64,000 bases of DNA from Candidatus Uhrbacteria bacterium (GTDB taxonomy: Bacteria > Patescibacteriota > Patescibacteriia > UBA9934 > GWF2-40-263). Where the stretch lies: NCBI GenBank assembly GCA_016209325.1, contig JACQWJ010000034.1:220-64219 (forward strand), given 5' to 3'. A program made the translations under genes and the position numbers. Shown here piece by piece: positions 8,076 through 17,200 of the stretch (position 1 is its first letter; each line of letters begins with the position of its first letter). The notes below the pieces were generated by a model that saw nothing but the letters and a program-made list of their open reading frames with translations, made no database searches and was not told where the DNA came from.

Positions 8076-8299
8076 AGGGATGCGTCTCCTTCCGCGCCGG
8101 AAAACCGGCGCTTGATTTCCCGGACCTTGTTTTCGACTTCGGCAAGCTTCTCCTTGCAGGCCTGCGCGAGCTCCAGCCCGCGCTCGAACTTCTTCAGTCC
8201 CTCGTCGAGGTCCCCTTCGGACTGCTCGAACCAGACCGTGATGGCTTCCAGTTCCTCAAAGGCTTTGGCGAATGACGGAGTTTTTCCTTTGGCAGCCAT
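8072..8299 (-). CDS. xseB: Exodeoxyribonuclease VII small subunit
   Basis: SF.KAFEELEAI...DLDEGLKKFERGLEL...L; adjacent to xseA. Confidence 0.93.
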   Translation of the reverse strand: MAAKGKTPSFAKAFEELEAITVWFEQSEGDLDEGLKKFERGLELAQACKEKLAEVENKVREIKRRFSGAEGDASL

Positions 8300-8302
8300 A
8301 CA

Positions 8303-9541
8303 TCAAATCAACTTTTGGCGTCCTTTGCCGTTGATGCGGAGCACCTCGGCGTCGAACGTTCCCTGTCCCAATTGTACCGCAACTTCCTGCCCCCCCTCAA
8401 GCGCGGAGGCGTCGCGCACCAGGCGGCCGCGGGCCGTAACGATGCCGTAACCGCGGGAGAGGATACGCTTCGGGTCGACGTTCTTCAGGACGCGCTCGTG
8501 GGCGTCCAGGCGCTCGCGCAGACGCGGAACCCACGTTTCCGTACGCGCGGAAAACCACTGCGACAAGGTCTCGAGCCGCCGCTTCTGGCGGTCGAGAACG
8601 AACGCCATCATGGCGGCCGTGCGCTCGATGAGACGGCGTCGCCTATCGACTTCCTCGGACAGGCGCTCCTCCATGTGCCGGCACAGCATACCGACCTCGA
8701 ACCCCACGTCGTCCCGGCGCGGCACCAGCCGCTCGGCCGCGTTCGACGGAGTCGAGGCGCGCACGTCGGCCACGAAGTCGCACAAGGACTCGTCGCGCTC
8801 GTGGCCAACCCCGCACACGACGGGAATCTTCGACTGGAACACGGCACGCGCCACACGCTCGTCGTTGAAGGCATGCAGGTCCTCAAGCCCGCCCCCACCG
8901 CGAATAAGGACGAGGGCGTCGGGCCGCTCGGGGGCCGACAGGGCGTTGAAGTGGGCAAAGGCGCCGAGGATCTCTGGAACCGCTTCCCTGCCCTGGACGT
9001 GCACGTGGGTGAAGTCGACCTCCAGACCGCCCCAGCGGTCGTTCAGGATGCGCAGAAAGTCGCCGTAGGCCGCCGCGTCACGGGAGGTGATGAGTCCGAT
9101 CCGCTCGGGAAAGCGCGGGAGCGGACGCTTGCGCGAAGCGTCGAAAAACCCCTCCTTCTCGAGGCGGCGCTTGAGCAGCTCGTAGGCGCGGCGGAGTGCC
9201 CCCTCGCCGACGAGCTCGATCCGCGTCACGTTGAACTTGAGCGTCCCGAAGCGCTCGTACACCTTGGGACAACCGTGGACACGGACACGCAACCCGTCCT
9301 CGACGGGGACCGCGAGCTGCCAGACCGTCATGAAGCATTTCAGGACGGCCTCCGCCTCCTCGTCCTTCAGGTCGAAGCTCACCCACTTGCTCTGCGCAAT
9401 CCGGAAGTCAGAGACCTCTCCCTCGACAGCGATCTCCTCCGAGGGCAGGACCCGGAGCGCGTCGTTGAGAAGCGACAAGTAGGCCGCGACGCGCATCACG
9501 CGCATTCCTTCGGAACCCTTCTCCTGTTCAAACGGATGCAT
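8303..9541 (-). CDS. xseA: Exodeoxyribonuclease VII large subunit
   Basis: VEGEVS, FDLKD, RGGGGLEDL.AFNDE, GVGHE.D...DFVAD.RASTPS.AAE, L.RGY. Confidence 0.95.
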   Translation of the reverse strand: MHPFEQEKGSEGMRVMRVAAYLSLLNDALRVLPSEEIAVEGEVSDFRIAQSKWVSFDLKDEEAEAVLKCFMTVWQLAVPVEDGLRVRVHGCPKVYERFGTLKFNVTRIELVGEGALRRAYELLKRRLEKEGFFDASRKRPLPRFPERIGLITSRDAAAYGDFLRILNDRWGGLEVDFTHVHVQGREAVPEILGAFAHFNALSAPERPDALVLIRGGGGLEDLHAFNDERVARAVFQSKIPVVCGVGHERDESLCDFVADVRASTPSNAAERLVPRRDDVGFEVGMLCRHMEERLSEEVDRRRRLIERTAAMMAFVLDRQKRRLETLSQWFSARTETWVPRLRERLDAHERVLKNVDPKRILSRGYGIVTARGRLVRDASALEGGQEVAVQLGQGTFDAEVLRINGKGRQKLI

Positions 9542-9556
9542 AGCCTCGGGCACGCG

Positions 9557-10027
9557 TCAGATATGAAAAAAGGATGGCTGGTAATACTGAACACCCAACC
9601 ACATACCGACGGCGATGAGCAGCATGGAAATCAAAAACTCAAGCCACACGAACGGTCCCAGACGGCGCCCGAACAGGCCGAACCGAAGAAGAGGAAGGAG
9701 CACGATCCCGACCGCGAGCCAGACGCCGACGGCATAAAACAGGAGGGACGGGAGCGAATACGGAACGACGGGCAGCAGGCGCCAGTTCCGCTCGACGAGG
9801 AGGGGATAAACGCCCCCGTATCCGACGCCGACGAGCACGTGCAGGAACAGGCCCGCGAGCAGGATGCCCCGTCCAGACCAGCGCAGGTGCCAGGCCTTCT
9901 TGACGTCCGCCACGAGCGGATCGCGGTCCACAGGACCAGGCTTAGCAACCTCAAACGCGATGGCGGGAAGGGTGAGGAGAAAGGCGACCAATCCCCCGAT
10001 CGCGCCGCCGAGCAGTATGTCGTTCAT
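9557..10027 (-). CDS. Membrane protein, unknown function
   Basis: About 4 hydrophobic helices; TCTATG start. Confidence 0.7.
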   Translation of the reverse strand: MNDILLGGAIGGLVAFLLTLPAIAFEVAKPGPVDRDPLVADVKKAWHLRWSGRGILLAGLFLHVLVGVGYGGVYPLLVERNWRLLPVVPYSLPSLLFYAVGVWLAVGIVLLPLLRFGLFGRRLGPFVWLEFLISMLLIAVGMWLGVQYYQPSFFHI

Positions 10028-10047
10028 AGAGCATTGAGCAATCGTTT

Positions 10048-11442
10048 TTATTTCGCCTCCTTCGCCACCCACTCCTTCAGCGTCCAGGTCGCCCGTACGT
10101 CGTCCTCGTTGTACTCGAGAATCTTCTTCATCACGGTCTTCTTGCGCGTAGCGAACCATTCCTCGAACCAGATGACGGCGTTCACACCGGAGGGCTCCTC
10201 GCCCCGCCAGCTGAATCCGGCGTAGGACGCCAGGTCCTTAAGCGAGTAGAACGAAAGGGGAAAGACGATCGCTGGCCGAATCAGCGCCAGCAGATCGATC
10301 AGGTTGCGCTCGAACGCCTCGCCGACGAGCGGAGACACCCCGTACTTGGCCGAAAAACGGCGCACGACCTCGCCCTCGAACGCGCCGTAATGGTAGATGG
10401 GAGCGTCGAACCGGGACTCCATGAAATCGCAAAATGCACGCCACATCTTCCCTTCCTTCTCCGGCATCTCGGCAAAGAAGGAATGATACGTCGCCTTTCC
10501 TTTTTCGACTTCGAGCACGCCAAAGAGATAATCAAAGTCGCGCAAGGGATCGCTCTCGATGTCAAAATAGAGCTCGAGTTTGGCCGCGGGAAAGGAGACA
10601 GACTCGCGGATCAGATGGCGGTCATCACGGAGAGCGATGGCCTGGTCGCGCAGGAGCTCGAAGCGGAACGGCCGCACGCCCGGAACTAGACGCTCCAGCT
10701 CCGCGACGGGCGTCGCGGTCAGTTGGGCGATGGTTTTCACTCCCGCCGCCTCGAGCGCGGCAACCTCCTCGCGCCACACCCGGTTCAGAACCGACAGGTC
10801 ATCGCACGACTCGGTCTCGCTCCGGCACACCCCGAACCAGGGCGACTGCTTGCAGGCCGAAGTCAGGAAATGCTGCGGCTTCTCCCCCGCCACGATGCGC
10901 TCGATCTCCGTTAGCGTCAGGTGGTATTCCGCCTCGAATGACTCGATGAGGTACGACAGCGCCGCCTTGTCCGGCGTCAGCACATATCCCTGGACCGGCT
11001 TCCGTCCTTGCACGCGCTCCAGCAGCTCCGCATAAAAACATCCCTGCATCTGATGTTCCTCACGGAGTTCGCGCGCGCGTTTGATGTCGCCCGCGACATA
11101 GTAATAATTTCCAAACTGCGACTGCCCCTCGACACGAACGAGGAGGTCCGGATTCCCCACCCAATGGCCGTGGACCAGCATCCCATGGTAGATGGTTTCC
11201 CTCCCCTCGCGCATGAAGGCCAACGTCTGGCGGAAGGCCTCCTCGGGGTCCTCAGCCGTCACCTCCGCCACGTCCGGCCGGTCGTTGATGATTTCCCGCT
11301 CCTTGTCCGGCATGAGCCCGTCGTTGATGAGCCGCAAGACGAGCGGATCATGGGGATTGGCCGCCTCGGTCGCGTCAAAATACACCCAACTCGGACATTT
11401 GAGGTACTTGAAGAAGGTTTGGTCGGTGATCTGGCGGGACAT
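10048..11442 (-). CDS. TM0106-family RecB-like nuclease with C-terminal RNase H-like (DEDD) domain
   Basis: G.PDLL..., DIK...Q..FY; LYFDIE, IYHY, YSLK.LA, YNEDDVRAT. Confidence 0.9.
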   Translation of the reverse strand: MSRQITDQTFFKYLKCPSWVYFDATEAANPHDPLVLRLINDGLMPDKEREIINDRPDVAEVTAEDPEEAFRQTLAFMREGRETIYHGMLVHGHWVGNPDLLVRVEGQSQFGNYYYVAGDIKRARELREEHQMQGCFYAELLERVQGRKPVQGYVLTPDKAALSYLIESFEAEYHLTLTEIERIVAGEKPQHFLTSACKQSPWFGVCRSETESCDDLSVLNRVWREEVAALEAAGVKTIAQLTATPVAELERLVPGVRPFRFELLRDQAIALRDDRHLIRESVSFPAAKLELYFDIESDPLRDFDYLFGVLEVEKGKATYHSFFAEMPEKEGKMWRAFCDFMESRFDAPIYHYGAFEGEVVRRFSAKYGVSPLVGEAFERNLIDLLALIRPAIVFPLSFYSLKDLASYAGFSWRGEEPSGVNAVIWFEEWFATRKKTVMKKILEYNEDDVRATWTLKEWVAKEAK

Positions 11443-11587
11443 GGACAAAGTATATCACGGGAAAAGGGACTGCTTGACGATAATGGAAGCTGGTCCCCGC
11501 TGCTTTTTTCTGCTCACATCCCTCCTGACAAATCAGGGGATTTCCTCTATCATACCATTGAACCCCTTCCCTTCCGCACCTGCTTCT

Positions 11588-11809
11588 ATGGCCTCCGTCT
11601 CTCCTCCCACAAGTGTGCCACTGCCCGCGGACAAGGCGAAAAGCCGCGCCCTGCTGCAAGCCTTCGCCAAGTTCGTGCGCGTCATGCGCGGGCTGGAGAA
11701 GGAGGAACGAACGCTTCTGGAGACGAGCTTGAAACGGATTGACGCAGCCGAAATCCAAGCCATTCAAAAAAACATGAAGCCACCCGCGGCACCCCGGTCG
11801 AATTCCTAA
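11588..11809 (+). CDS. Hypothetical small protein
   Basis: TCTATG start, helical composition, ends just before the next ORF. Confidence 0.5.
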   Translation: MASVSPPTSVPLPADKAKSRALLQAFAKFVRVMRGLEKEERTLLETSLKRIDAAEIQAIQKNMKPPAAPRSNS

Positions 11810-11818
11810 CCATTCCCT

Positions 11819-13219
11819 ATGTCAGAAGCCGACACTCAGACTCCGGAACGTTCCCGAAACAAGCCGCACAGACCAAGTGAAAAAAAAGAACGAGCGTTAA
11901 AACCCATAGAAACAATCCTCTGGGACCTGAGAAGCAATCCGGACATGGACGTCTTCTCCCCCGACGCCGCGCCGAACCAGGTGGCCGCAGCTGTCGCAGA
12001 AAAAGTGGAAGAAGTAGAACAGAAGCTGCAAGAACAGCAAAGGAGGGACGGCGCCATCCTGGCAAGACGCGCCGAGGGCACGACTCAAACGTCTGCCAAG
12101 GCGAGATCGAGCGCCAAGGAGACCTTTCAAGAAGGACAAACGGATATCCAAAAGCGGGCGGAGGCAGCCGAGGCGGAATTCGTGTACGACGAAAATGCGA
12201 ACCCGGAGGTATCCGAGCGTACCGTCGACGCCATGGCCGCGTTTTGGCGTGACGTCTTGAATCAGGTGGACGGGACCCTCTTCGCAAGCTTCGCCAAGAA
12301 CAGGTTGGGAAAGCAACTCATAAACAGGGGGCTTCCACGGGAACAGCTCCCGGCTGGATTCAAGGAATTTCCCGGCGATCTGGACGCGTTCGTTCCTGAC
12401 CAATCAGCCTTGGAAAAAGCCTACAAGATATTGCAAACCTTGGGAGCCACGTTTACTTCCACACAGGATGGCCGCCCCTTCAAGCAGCTTCCGGACGGCT
12501 CCCTCCTGCTCGGGGGCGAAGTCGAGATTCCCGGCATGATCCATCGCGCAAAGAACGGCAACGTCGAACCCTTCAAGCATGAGTTCGAATTCTTCGTTCA
12601 AAATTCCGAACGCGTCATCGGCTGGCACGAACGGGAGATGCGGATTCGGACCGACGACGGCATCTGGGTGCTCGACGACGAAGCCCTCTCACGGCAGTAC
12701 GGCCGCAACCTTCGCATGGAGAAGGAGGTGGGACAGGAAGACGCGCGCGTGAGACAGGCCCTGCGCGAAAACGAGACGGCGATCCGGACGGACATCGCCT
12801 TTTGGAAGGCGGTTCCGGACGCGGCGAAGGCGGAGCTGCGCGCCGCACAGCGGTCGGCTGCGGAGGCAGGAACCAACGTCGATTACAAAACACTGGAGCA
12901 GGCAAACGGCTTGAAAGCGGGACAAGCCGAACGGATCATCGCCTTGGACGAAGCGTACCGGACACGCTACTCCCCCGAAGAAATAGAAGAATTCTACGAT
13001 CTCGACCGCAAACGTGAGGAAGCGGTAGCCGCAGGCGAAGCCAGCCAAGTGAAAGCACTCGAAGAAAAAATTACCCGGCATCTGACGGGAGGCCTGAAAA
13101 ACAAGGAGGTGAAGCGCATGCGGGACCTGAAAGATCTGCAGGACCAGCGAAGCATTCCGCCGGAAAAGGAAAAAACGGCCGCAGCGGGAGAAGAACCCTC
13201 AACGGCCCTTGCGGCGTAG
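11819..13219 (+). CDS. Hypothetical protein, coiled-coil rich; possible nucleotidyltransferase-like motif
   Basis: 466-aa ORF with genome-like codon use; GTLFAS...PGDLDAFV weakly resembles an NTase DxD. Confidence 0.7.
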   Translation: MSEADTQTPERSRNKPHRPSEKKERALKPIETILWDLRSNPDMDVFSPDAAPNQVAAAVAEKVEEVEQKLQEQQRRDGAILARRAEGTTQTSAKARSSAKETFQEGQTDIQKRAEAAEAEFVYDENANPEVSERTVDAMAAFWRDVLNQVDGTLFASFAKNRLGKQLINRGLPREQLPAGFKEFPGDLDAFVPDQSALEKAYKILQTLGATFTSTQDGRPFKQLPDGSLLLGGEVEIPGMIHRAKNGNVEPFKHEFEFFVQNSERVIGWHEREMRIRTDDGIWVLDDEALSRQYGRNLRMEKEVGQEDARVRQALRENETAIRTDIAFWKAVPDAAKAELRAAQRSAAEAGTNVDYKTLEQANGLKAGQAERIIALDEAYRTRYSPEEIEEFYDLDRKREEAVAAGEASQVKALEEKITRHLTGGLKNKEVKRMRDLKDLQDQRSIPPEKEKTAAAGEEPSTALAA

Positions 13220-13239
13220 GTGCCATGGACGACGAAACC

Positions 13240-13403
13240 CCCGATTCCGGCAGTTCAATCCCGAGCAAGGGTCGCTCCGACAGTGGCTGTCGGGAATCCT
13301 GCGGCGGCGCGTCATCGACTACTGGCGGGTGGAGCGAAGGATCCGCCTGGAACCTGACGAGACACTCGACTTGCTCGAGCAGTTGGAAGCCGTTTCCGCA
13401 TGA
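13240..13403 (+). pseudogene. Remnant of an ECF sigma factor (region 2)
   Basis: FNPEQGSLRQWLSGILRRRVIDYWR resembles the ECF sigma region 2.3/2.4 motif; no N-terminus or region 4. Confidence 0.55.
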
Positions 13404-13729
13404 GCCCTACGTGCAACGAAGCGAGCTTGACGGCAGGGAACGGCTTCGTCGACCTTCCTGCCCCCACGGGGGGGCGAAGGAGAAGCGTTCGTCCAAACCG
13501 AAGGGGGAACTTCGGTCTTGGGATGCGTTATATCCGGTACCGCGTCCGACGAAACCGGAGCCTCAAATCCGTAAGACACTCGTCGGCAAAACTCCCTTGA
13601 TGGAGTTTTACGTTTGAGCAAACGCATTCCCCTTCCGGGAAAAGCAGCCTATACTGGGCTTCGTCTGGACCGCTTCGTCTTGCACTCGGACGCGTCCTCG
13701 CCTCAGTACGTGCTGTTCGGCGTGCCCGA

Positions 13730-14179
13730 GCAGAGCGGCTGGAGACGGGAATCGAGGCGTACCAGCGGCAGATCGCCGAAAACTTCCTCGGCCACGAGGC
13801 GGCGACAGCGCTGTTCCGGAAGGTGACGCACCTCATCTACCGCTACGAGCCGAGGGATGGGACGGACGCGCGTCTGTGGGAAGGCTTGATGGAGGCCACC
13901 CACGAGATCGCGCTCGAGTGCCAGCGCCTCGAGCAGGCGCTCCCAAGCCCACTCACGCCCTACAGCTGGCTCCTCATATGGGCCATGGCCGCATTCGCCG
14001 CCGCGCTCCTCCTCCTGAATCGCGACCAGCCTTCCCTGTCCGCGTTCGGCGCCGCGCTGTCGCTCGGCTCCCTGTGCCTCGGCATGGACCTCCTCGTCCA
14101 GACCAGCCGGCTTTCCAAGCGCGAGGTCGCGGAGTTCCAAAACCGTTACCTGGCGAACATCGAAAAGAGCAGGGATTAA
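13730..14179 (+). pseudogene. Membrane protein, N-terminally truncated or frameshifted
   Basis: Protein-like reading extends upstream of the GTG at 13823 with no in-frame start; two C-terminal TM helices. Confidence 0.45.
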
Positions 14180-14221
14180 GACGCGCAGCATCCTCACATT
14201 TCACATGAAACCAAAAACTTT

Positions 14222-14929
14222 GTGACCGTAGCAGATGAAGCAATCACATTCGCCAAACAACATAAGGTTGAGATTTCCCGTCGATTAACCGACCCTGCCC
14301 GGTATCCTCCAAGCGCATATCCCGTTACCGTTTTCATGGCTGGTTCACCTGGTGCAGGCAAGACGGAATATTCAAAAAACCTGCTTGCGGAACTTGCCAA
14401 ACATCCTCAGCACCATCCCGTTCGCATTGATAGCGACGAACTCCGCTCCGAGATTCCTTCTTACACCGGAAATAATTCCGCAGAAATGCAGGGAGCTGTC
14501 TCGATCCTGCTTCGAGAACTGTACGAGCGGACGTTGAAAAACAACCAAACAGTTATCGTCGATGGAACATTCTCAAACTACGAGAAAGCAAAAGAGAATG
14601 TAACCCGTTCGCTTCATCGTGAACGAGAGGTATTCATTTTCTACCTGTATCAACGTCCCGAGATTGCCTGGCAATTTACCCTCGCGAGGGAAAAAGTTGA
14701 GGGTCGCCATATTCCAAAAGATGTTTTCATCCATCAATTCATTCAGGCAAAAGAAACCGTGAACCAGATTCGGAAAGATTTTCAGGAACACGTAAACATA
14801 TTCTTGGTAAAGAAAGACTTTCAAACAAATCAAGTCGCATCCGTGAACCGCATGCGTCCAGAAGATCCGGGATTGGACGCCTATCTACAAGAGACGTATA
14901 CTAAGGAGCAGCTACTAGCACTCCTATGA
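14222..14929 (+). CDS. Zeta-toxin-like P-loop kinase
   Basis: MAGSPGAGKTE, RIDSDELR, IVDGTFS, REKVEGR.IP; lower GC than flanks. Confidence 0.85.
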   Translation: MTVADEAITFAKQHKVEISRRLTDPARYPPSAYPVTVFMAGSPGAGKTEYSKNLLAELAKHPQHHPVRIDSDELRSEIPSYTGNNSAEMQGAVSILLRELYERTLKNNQTVIVDGTFSNYEKAKENVTRSLHREREVFIFYLYQRPEIAWQFTLAREKVEGRHIPKDVFIHQFIQAKETVNQIRKDFQEHVNIFLVKKDFQTNQVASVNRMRPEDPGLDAYLQETYTKEQLLALL

Positions 14930-15108
14930 TATTCTCATTTTTTTCAAAAAAAAGATGCAATGAACAGAAAAAGACTGATAACGTATCAGATTTTTTATTG
15001 CACGCTTCGGAAAAAGAAAAAATCCAACTTTTCACAAAAGTGGCACACCAAACAAATAGGGATCAGCAGGATCTCGTAGAACGCAGTAAAAACCTCCAAA
15101 CGATATAA
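14926..15108 (+). CDS. Small protein coupled to the zeta-like kinase (possible antitoxin)
   Basis: ATGA overlap; 60 aa, SDFLLHASEKEK...F.KVA..TN.DQ. Confidence 0.6.
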   Translation: MIFSFFSKKRCNEQKKTDNVSDFLLHASEKEKIQLFTKVAHQTNRDQQDLVERSKNLQTI

Positions 15109-15137
15109 ACAAGACCCGCTTCATGCGGGTTTTGTTT
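15107..15137. terminator. Bidirectional intrinsic terminator
   Basis: AAACAAGACCCGC-TTCAT-GCGGGTTTTGTTT between convergent genes. Confidence 0.75.
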
Positions 15138-15181
15138 CATGGGAATGCAACAAAGCTGCAGGGAATTGATCCGGACGGAGA

Positions 15182-16180
15182 TTAAAGTGCACGATCACCT
15201 TCCAAAATTTGTTGGCTGAGTTCGTACGTATCGCCGTGACGCAGAAGACCGAGGTAAGAAGCGAGCGTTTCCGGCTTGGCGGATCCCTTCAGATTTTTTA
15301 ACATCTTTCGTTTAGTCGAGGTGCGAAGAACACGATAATGGGGAAAGTGGACCCACCCCAAAAAATCGATTCCAGAGGCAATAGAACGAAGCTCAATCTT
15401 TCGAGGATGAAGTGATAAACGCAGTCGTTGAAACAGAAACGCGTCTATTTCCTCAAGGATATTTTCGAGATATTCCCGATGCTCTGAAAACAAAACGAAA
15501 TCATCGGCATAGCGGATGTAAAGCTTCACCCGTAAGCGATGTTTTACAAACTGATCGAACGCATTCAGGTAGACATTGGCCAACATCTGCGAAGTCAGGT
15601 TCCCAAGCGGAAGCCCGATACCCTCGATCCCCGAAGAGAAACTTTGGAGAATCGTTTCGAGGAGACGGACGATCCGTTTGTCCGCGATGTATCCATCAAG
15701 CATGGTCAGCAAAACGCGCTGGTCAATGGAAGCGAAGAACTTCCGAATATCGCATGTGAGGACCCAGACGGTCTTGCGATGATTTTGCGAAACCTTGCGC
15801 GCAAAGACGTTAAACCGATCAAGCGCCTTGTGCGTTCCCTTCCCCATCCGACAGGAAAACGAATCGGCGATAAACGTCCGATCAAAAAACGGATATAATC
15901 TGCGGTACAAGGCGCGATGAAGGACCCGGTCTGCCACGGAGGCTTTGTGGATGTGCCTCGTCTTCGGATCGGAGATGATGAATGCTTGATACGGAGCGTG
16001 ACGATACGTCATGTCCGTAAGGCGCGTATGGAGAGAAAACAAATTTTCCATGAGCGACCGTTCAAACGCTTGCACGTCATCCCGTGACCGTTTTCCCTTT
16101 ACAAACTCCTGCCAAGCCTCAAGCAGATTCTCCATAGAAATAACATCCTCGTACGTATGCTGGAAGAGACTCCGGGACAT
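15182..16180 (-). CDS. DGR reverse transcriptase
   Basis: DRVLHRA, G.GTH.A, DIRKFFASI, GLPLGNLTSQ.LANVYL (DGR-type SQ motif), YIRYADDF, IDFLGW; 332 aa, no endonuclease domain; adjacent TR/VR and Avd. Confidence 0.95.
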   Translation of the reverse strand: MSRSLFQHTYEDVISMENLLEAWQEFVKGKRSRDDVQAFERSLMENLFSLHTRLTDMTYRHAPYQAFIISDPKTRHIHKASVADRVLHRALYRRLYPFFDRTFIADSFSCRMGKGTHKALDRFNVFARKVSQNHRKTVWVLTCDIRKFFASIDQRVLLTMLDGYIADKRIVRLLETILQSFSSGIEGIGLPLGNLTSQMLANVYLNAFDQFVKHRLRVKLYIRYADDFVLFSEHREYLENILEEIDAFLFQRLRLSLHPRKIELRSIASGIDFLGWVHFPHYRVLRTSTKRKMLKNLKGSAKPETLASYLGLLRHGDTYELSQQILEGDRAL

Positions 16181-16196
16181 AACGCCCCTAAGGTTA

Positions 16197-16207
16197 CCCC
16201 CCCCCCC
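16197..16207 (+). repeat. Homopolymer C11 between the RT and avd starts
   Basis: GTTA-CCCCCCCCCCC-GAAC. Confidence 0.9.
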
Positions 16208-16215
16208 GAACGCTT

Positions 16216-16584
16216 TTGCCAGTCTTGCAAAAGTTGAAAACCGCCTACCTCCTCTGGTTTGGGTATTGCGCCACCATCCCTAAAACGCATCGGTACACGC
16301 TCGGAAACCGCATTGACCAGTTGTTCATCGAAACCATCGAAGCCGTCAGCACGGCCGGCTTTTTGAGCCGTCAAGACAAACTCCCGTACGTACGGCTCGG
16401 CATACGAAAATTGGATACGGCGAAAATTCTCCTCCTTGTGCTGTGGGAATCAAAATCTCTGGACAACAAAAAATACATCGCCCTTTCCCGGGATGTCGAT
16501 GAAGTCGGAAGGATGCTCGGAGGATGGCATGGACAACTCACAAAACAAAACCCCGCCTCTTCCAAAGAAGGGGCGGGGAAATGA
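16216..16584 (+). CDS. avd: DGR accessory variability determinant (Avd, four-helix bundle); likely true start 16157, across the C11 frameshift
   Basis: IPKTHRYTLGNRI, LD.AK.LL, Y..LS...DEVGRMLGGW motifs; located between TR and RT, on the opposite strand. Confidence 0.88.
   Translation: MPVLQKLKTAYLLWFGYCATIPKTHRYTLGNRIDQLFIETIEAVSTAGFLSRQDKLPYVRLGIRKLDTAKILLLVLWESKSLDNKKYIALSRDVDEVGRMLGGWHGQLTKQNPASSKEGAGK
16541..16578 (-). terminator. Terminator-like hairpin just 3' of TR
   Basis: CCCCGCCCCTTC-TTTG-GAAGAGGCGGGG followed by TTTTGTTTTG on the minus strand, inside the avd 3' end. Confidence 0.6.
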
Positions 16585-16592
16585 AGAGACTG

Positions 16593-16710
16593 GCGAGGAT
16601 CGCGGACGGGTTGTTGGAGTTCCACCTGTTGTCGAGATAGTTGTAGTTCACGTACCACCGACCGTCGTTCCAGTACAGGTAGCGGACGTACAGGTTCCCG
16701 TTGGAGTCGC
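16593..16710 (-). repeat. DGR template repeat (TR)
   Basis: 118-bp copy of 17083-17200; AAC/TAC/GAC-rich; all 14 mismatches at TR adenines. Confidence 0.96.
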
Positions 16711-16965
16711 GATCACACGTGAGACGTCTCCCATAACACTGCTTCTTGAATACTCTCAAAGCTGTATTTTATGCGCGATCTATAATCGCCTAACGTCTCA
16801 CGCCGAGTATCTTCATGAAAAGATTTTTACGTGCCACGCTATCTCAAACCGTAGCATGAAATATTCTGGGCCCAGAAAAATCGAGCTTGGCAGCAAAAAG
16901 CCATAGCCTCTCGCATATTCGCCTTGCCTAACCGCCATGATACAAAAAAACGTTCAAAACGAAAA

Positions 16966-17002
16966 CAGGACCTCGCACACGAAGAAATCGTGGAAAGTCC
17001 TG
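16966..17002 (-). terminator. Hairpin downstream of the target gene (terminator or homing element)
   Basis: CAGGAC...CACGA-TTTCT-TCGTG...GTCCTG followed by TTTTCGTTTT. Confidence 0.5.
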
Positions 17003-17082
17003 CAAGAACGGAAAGAAAAAGGGCAAAGGGCCAAGGTCCAAAGGACAGAAGGTCCAATGTTCCAAGGCCCAAAAACTAACTC

Positions 17083-17200
17083 GCGAGGATCGCGGACGGG
17101 ACGCTGGAGCTCCACCTGCTGACGAGATAGTAGCAGTCCACGCACCACCGACCGTCGCTCCAGTACAGGCAGCGGACGTACAGGTTCCCGCTGGAGCCGC
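17083..17200 (-). repeat. DGR variable repeat (VR) at the 3' end of the target gene
   Basis: Encodes GSSGNLYVRCLYWSDGRWCVDCYYLVSRWSSSVPSAILA versus TR DSNGNLYVRYLYWNDGRWYVNYNYLDNRWNSNNPSAILA. Confidence 0.96.

Noticed and set aside
8315-10225. 636-aa plus-strand ORF (and similar long ORFs such as 33258-34682 and 60580-62823)
   Set aside because: Antisense shadows of well-supported genes, caused by GC-rich codon bias
14197-15148. Degenerate parS-like sites flanking the zeta-like genes (14197-14212, 15133-15148)
   Set aside because: Only 12/16 and 11/16 matches, and the second overlaps a terminator; cannot be supported
15182-16180. RT as a group II intron maturase or retron
   Set aside because: It has the DGR-type LGNLTSQ motif and adjacent Avd and TR/VR; no intron domain V/VI or retron VTG motif seen
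16538-16759. 73-aa ORF across the TR as a second target gene
   Set aside because: It is the TR read in the VR frame; the Asn/Tyr richness reflects template adenines
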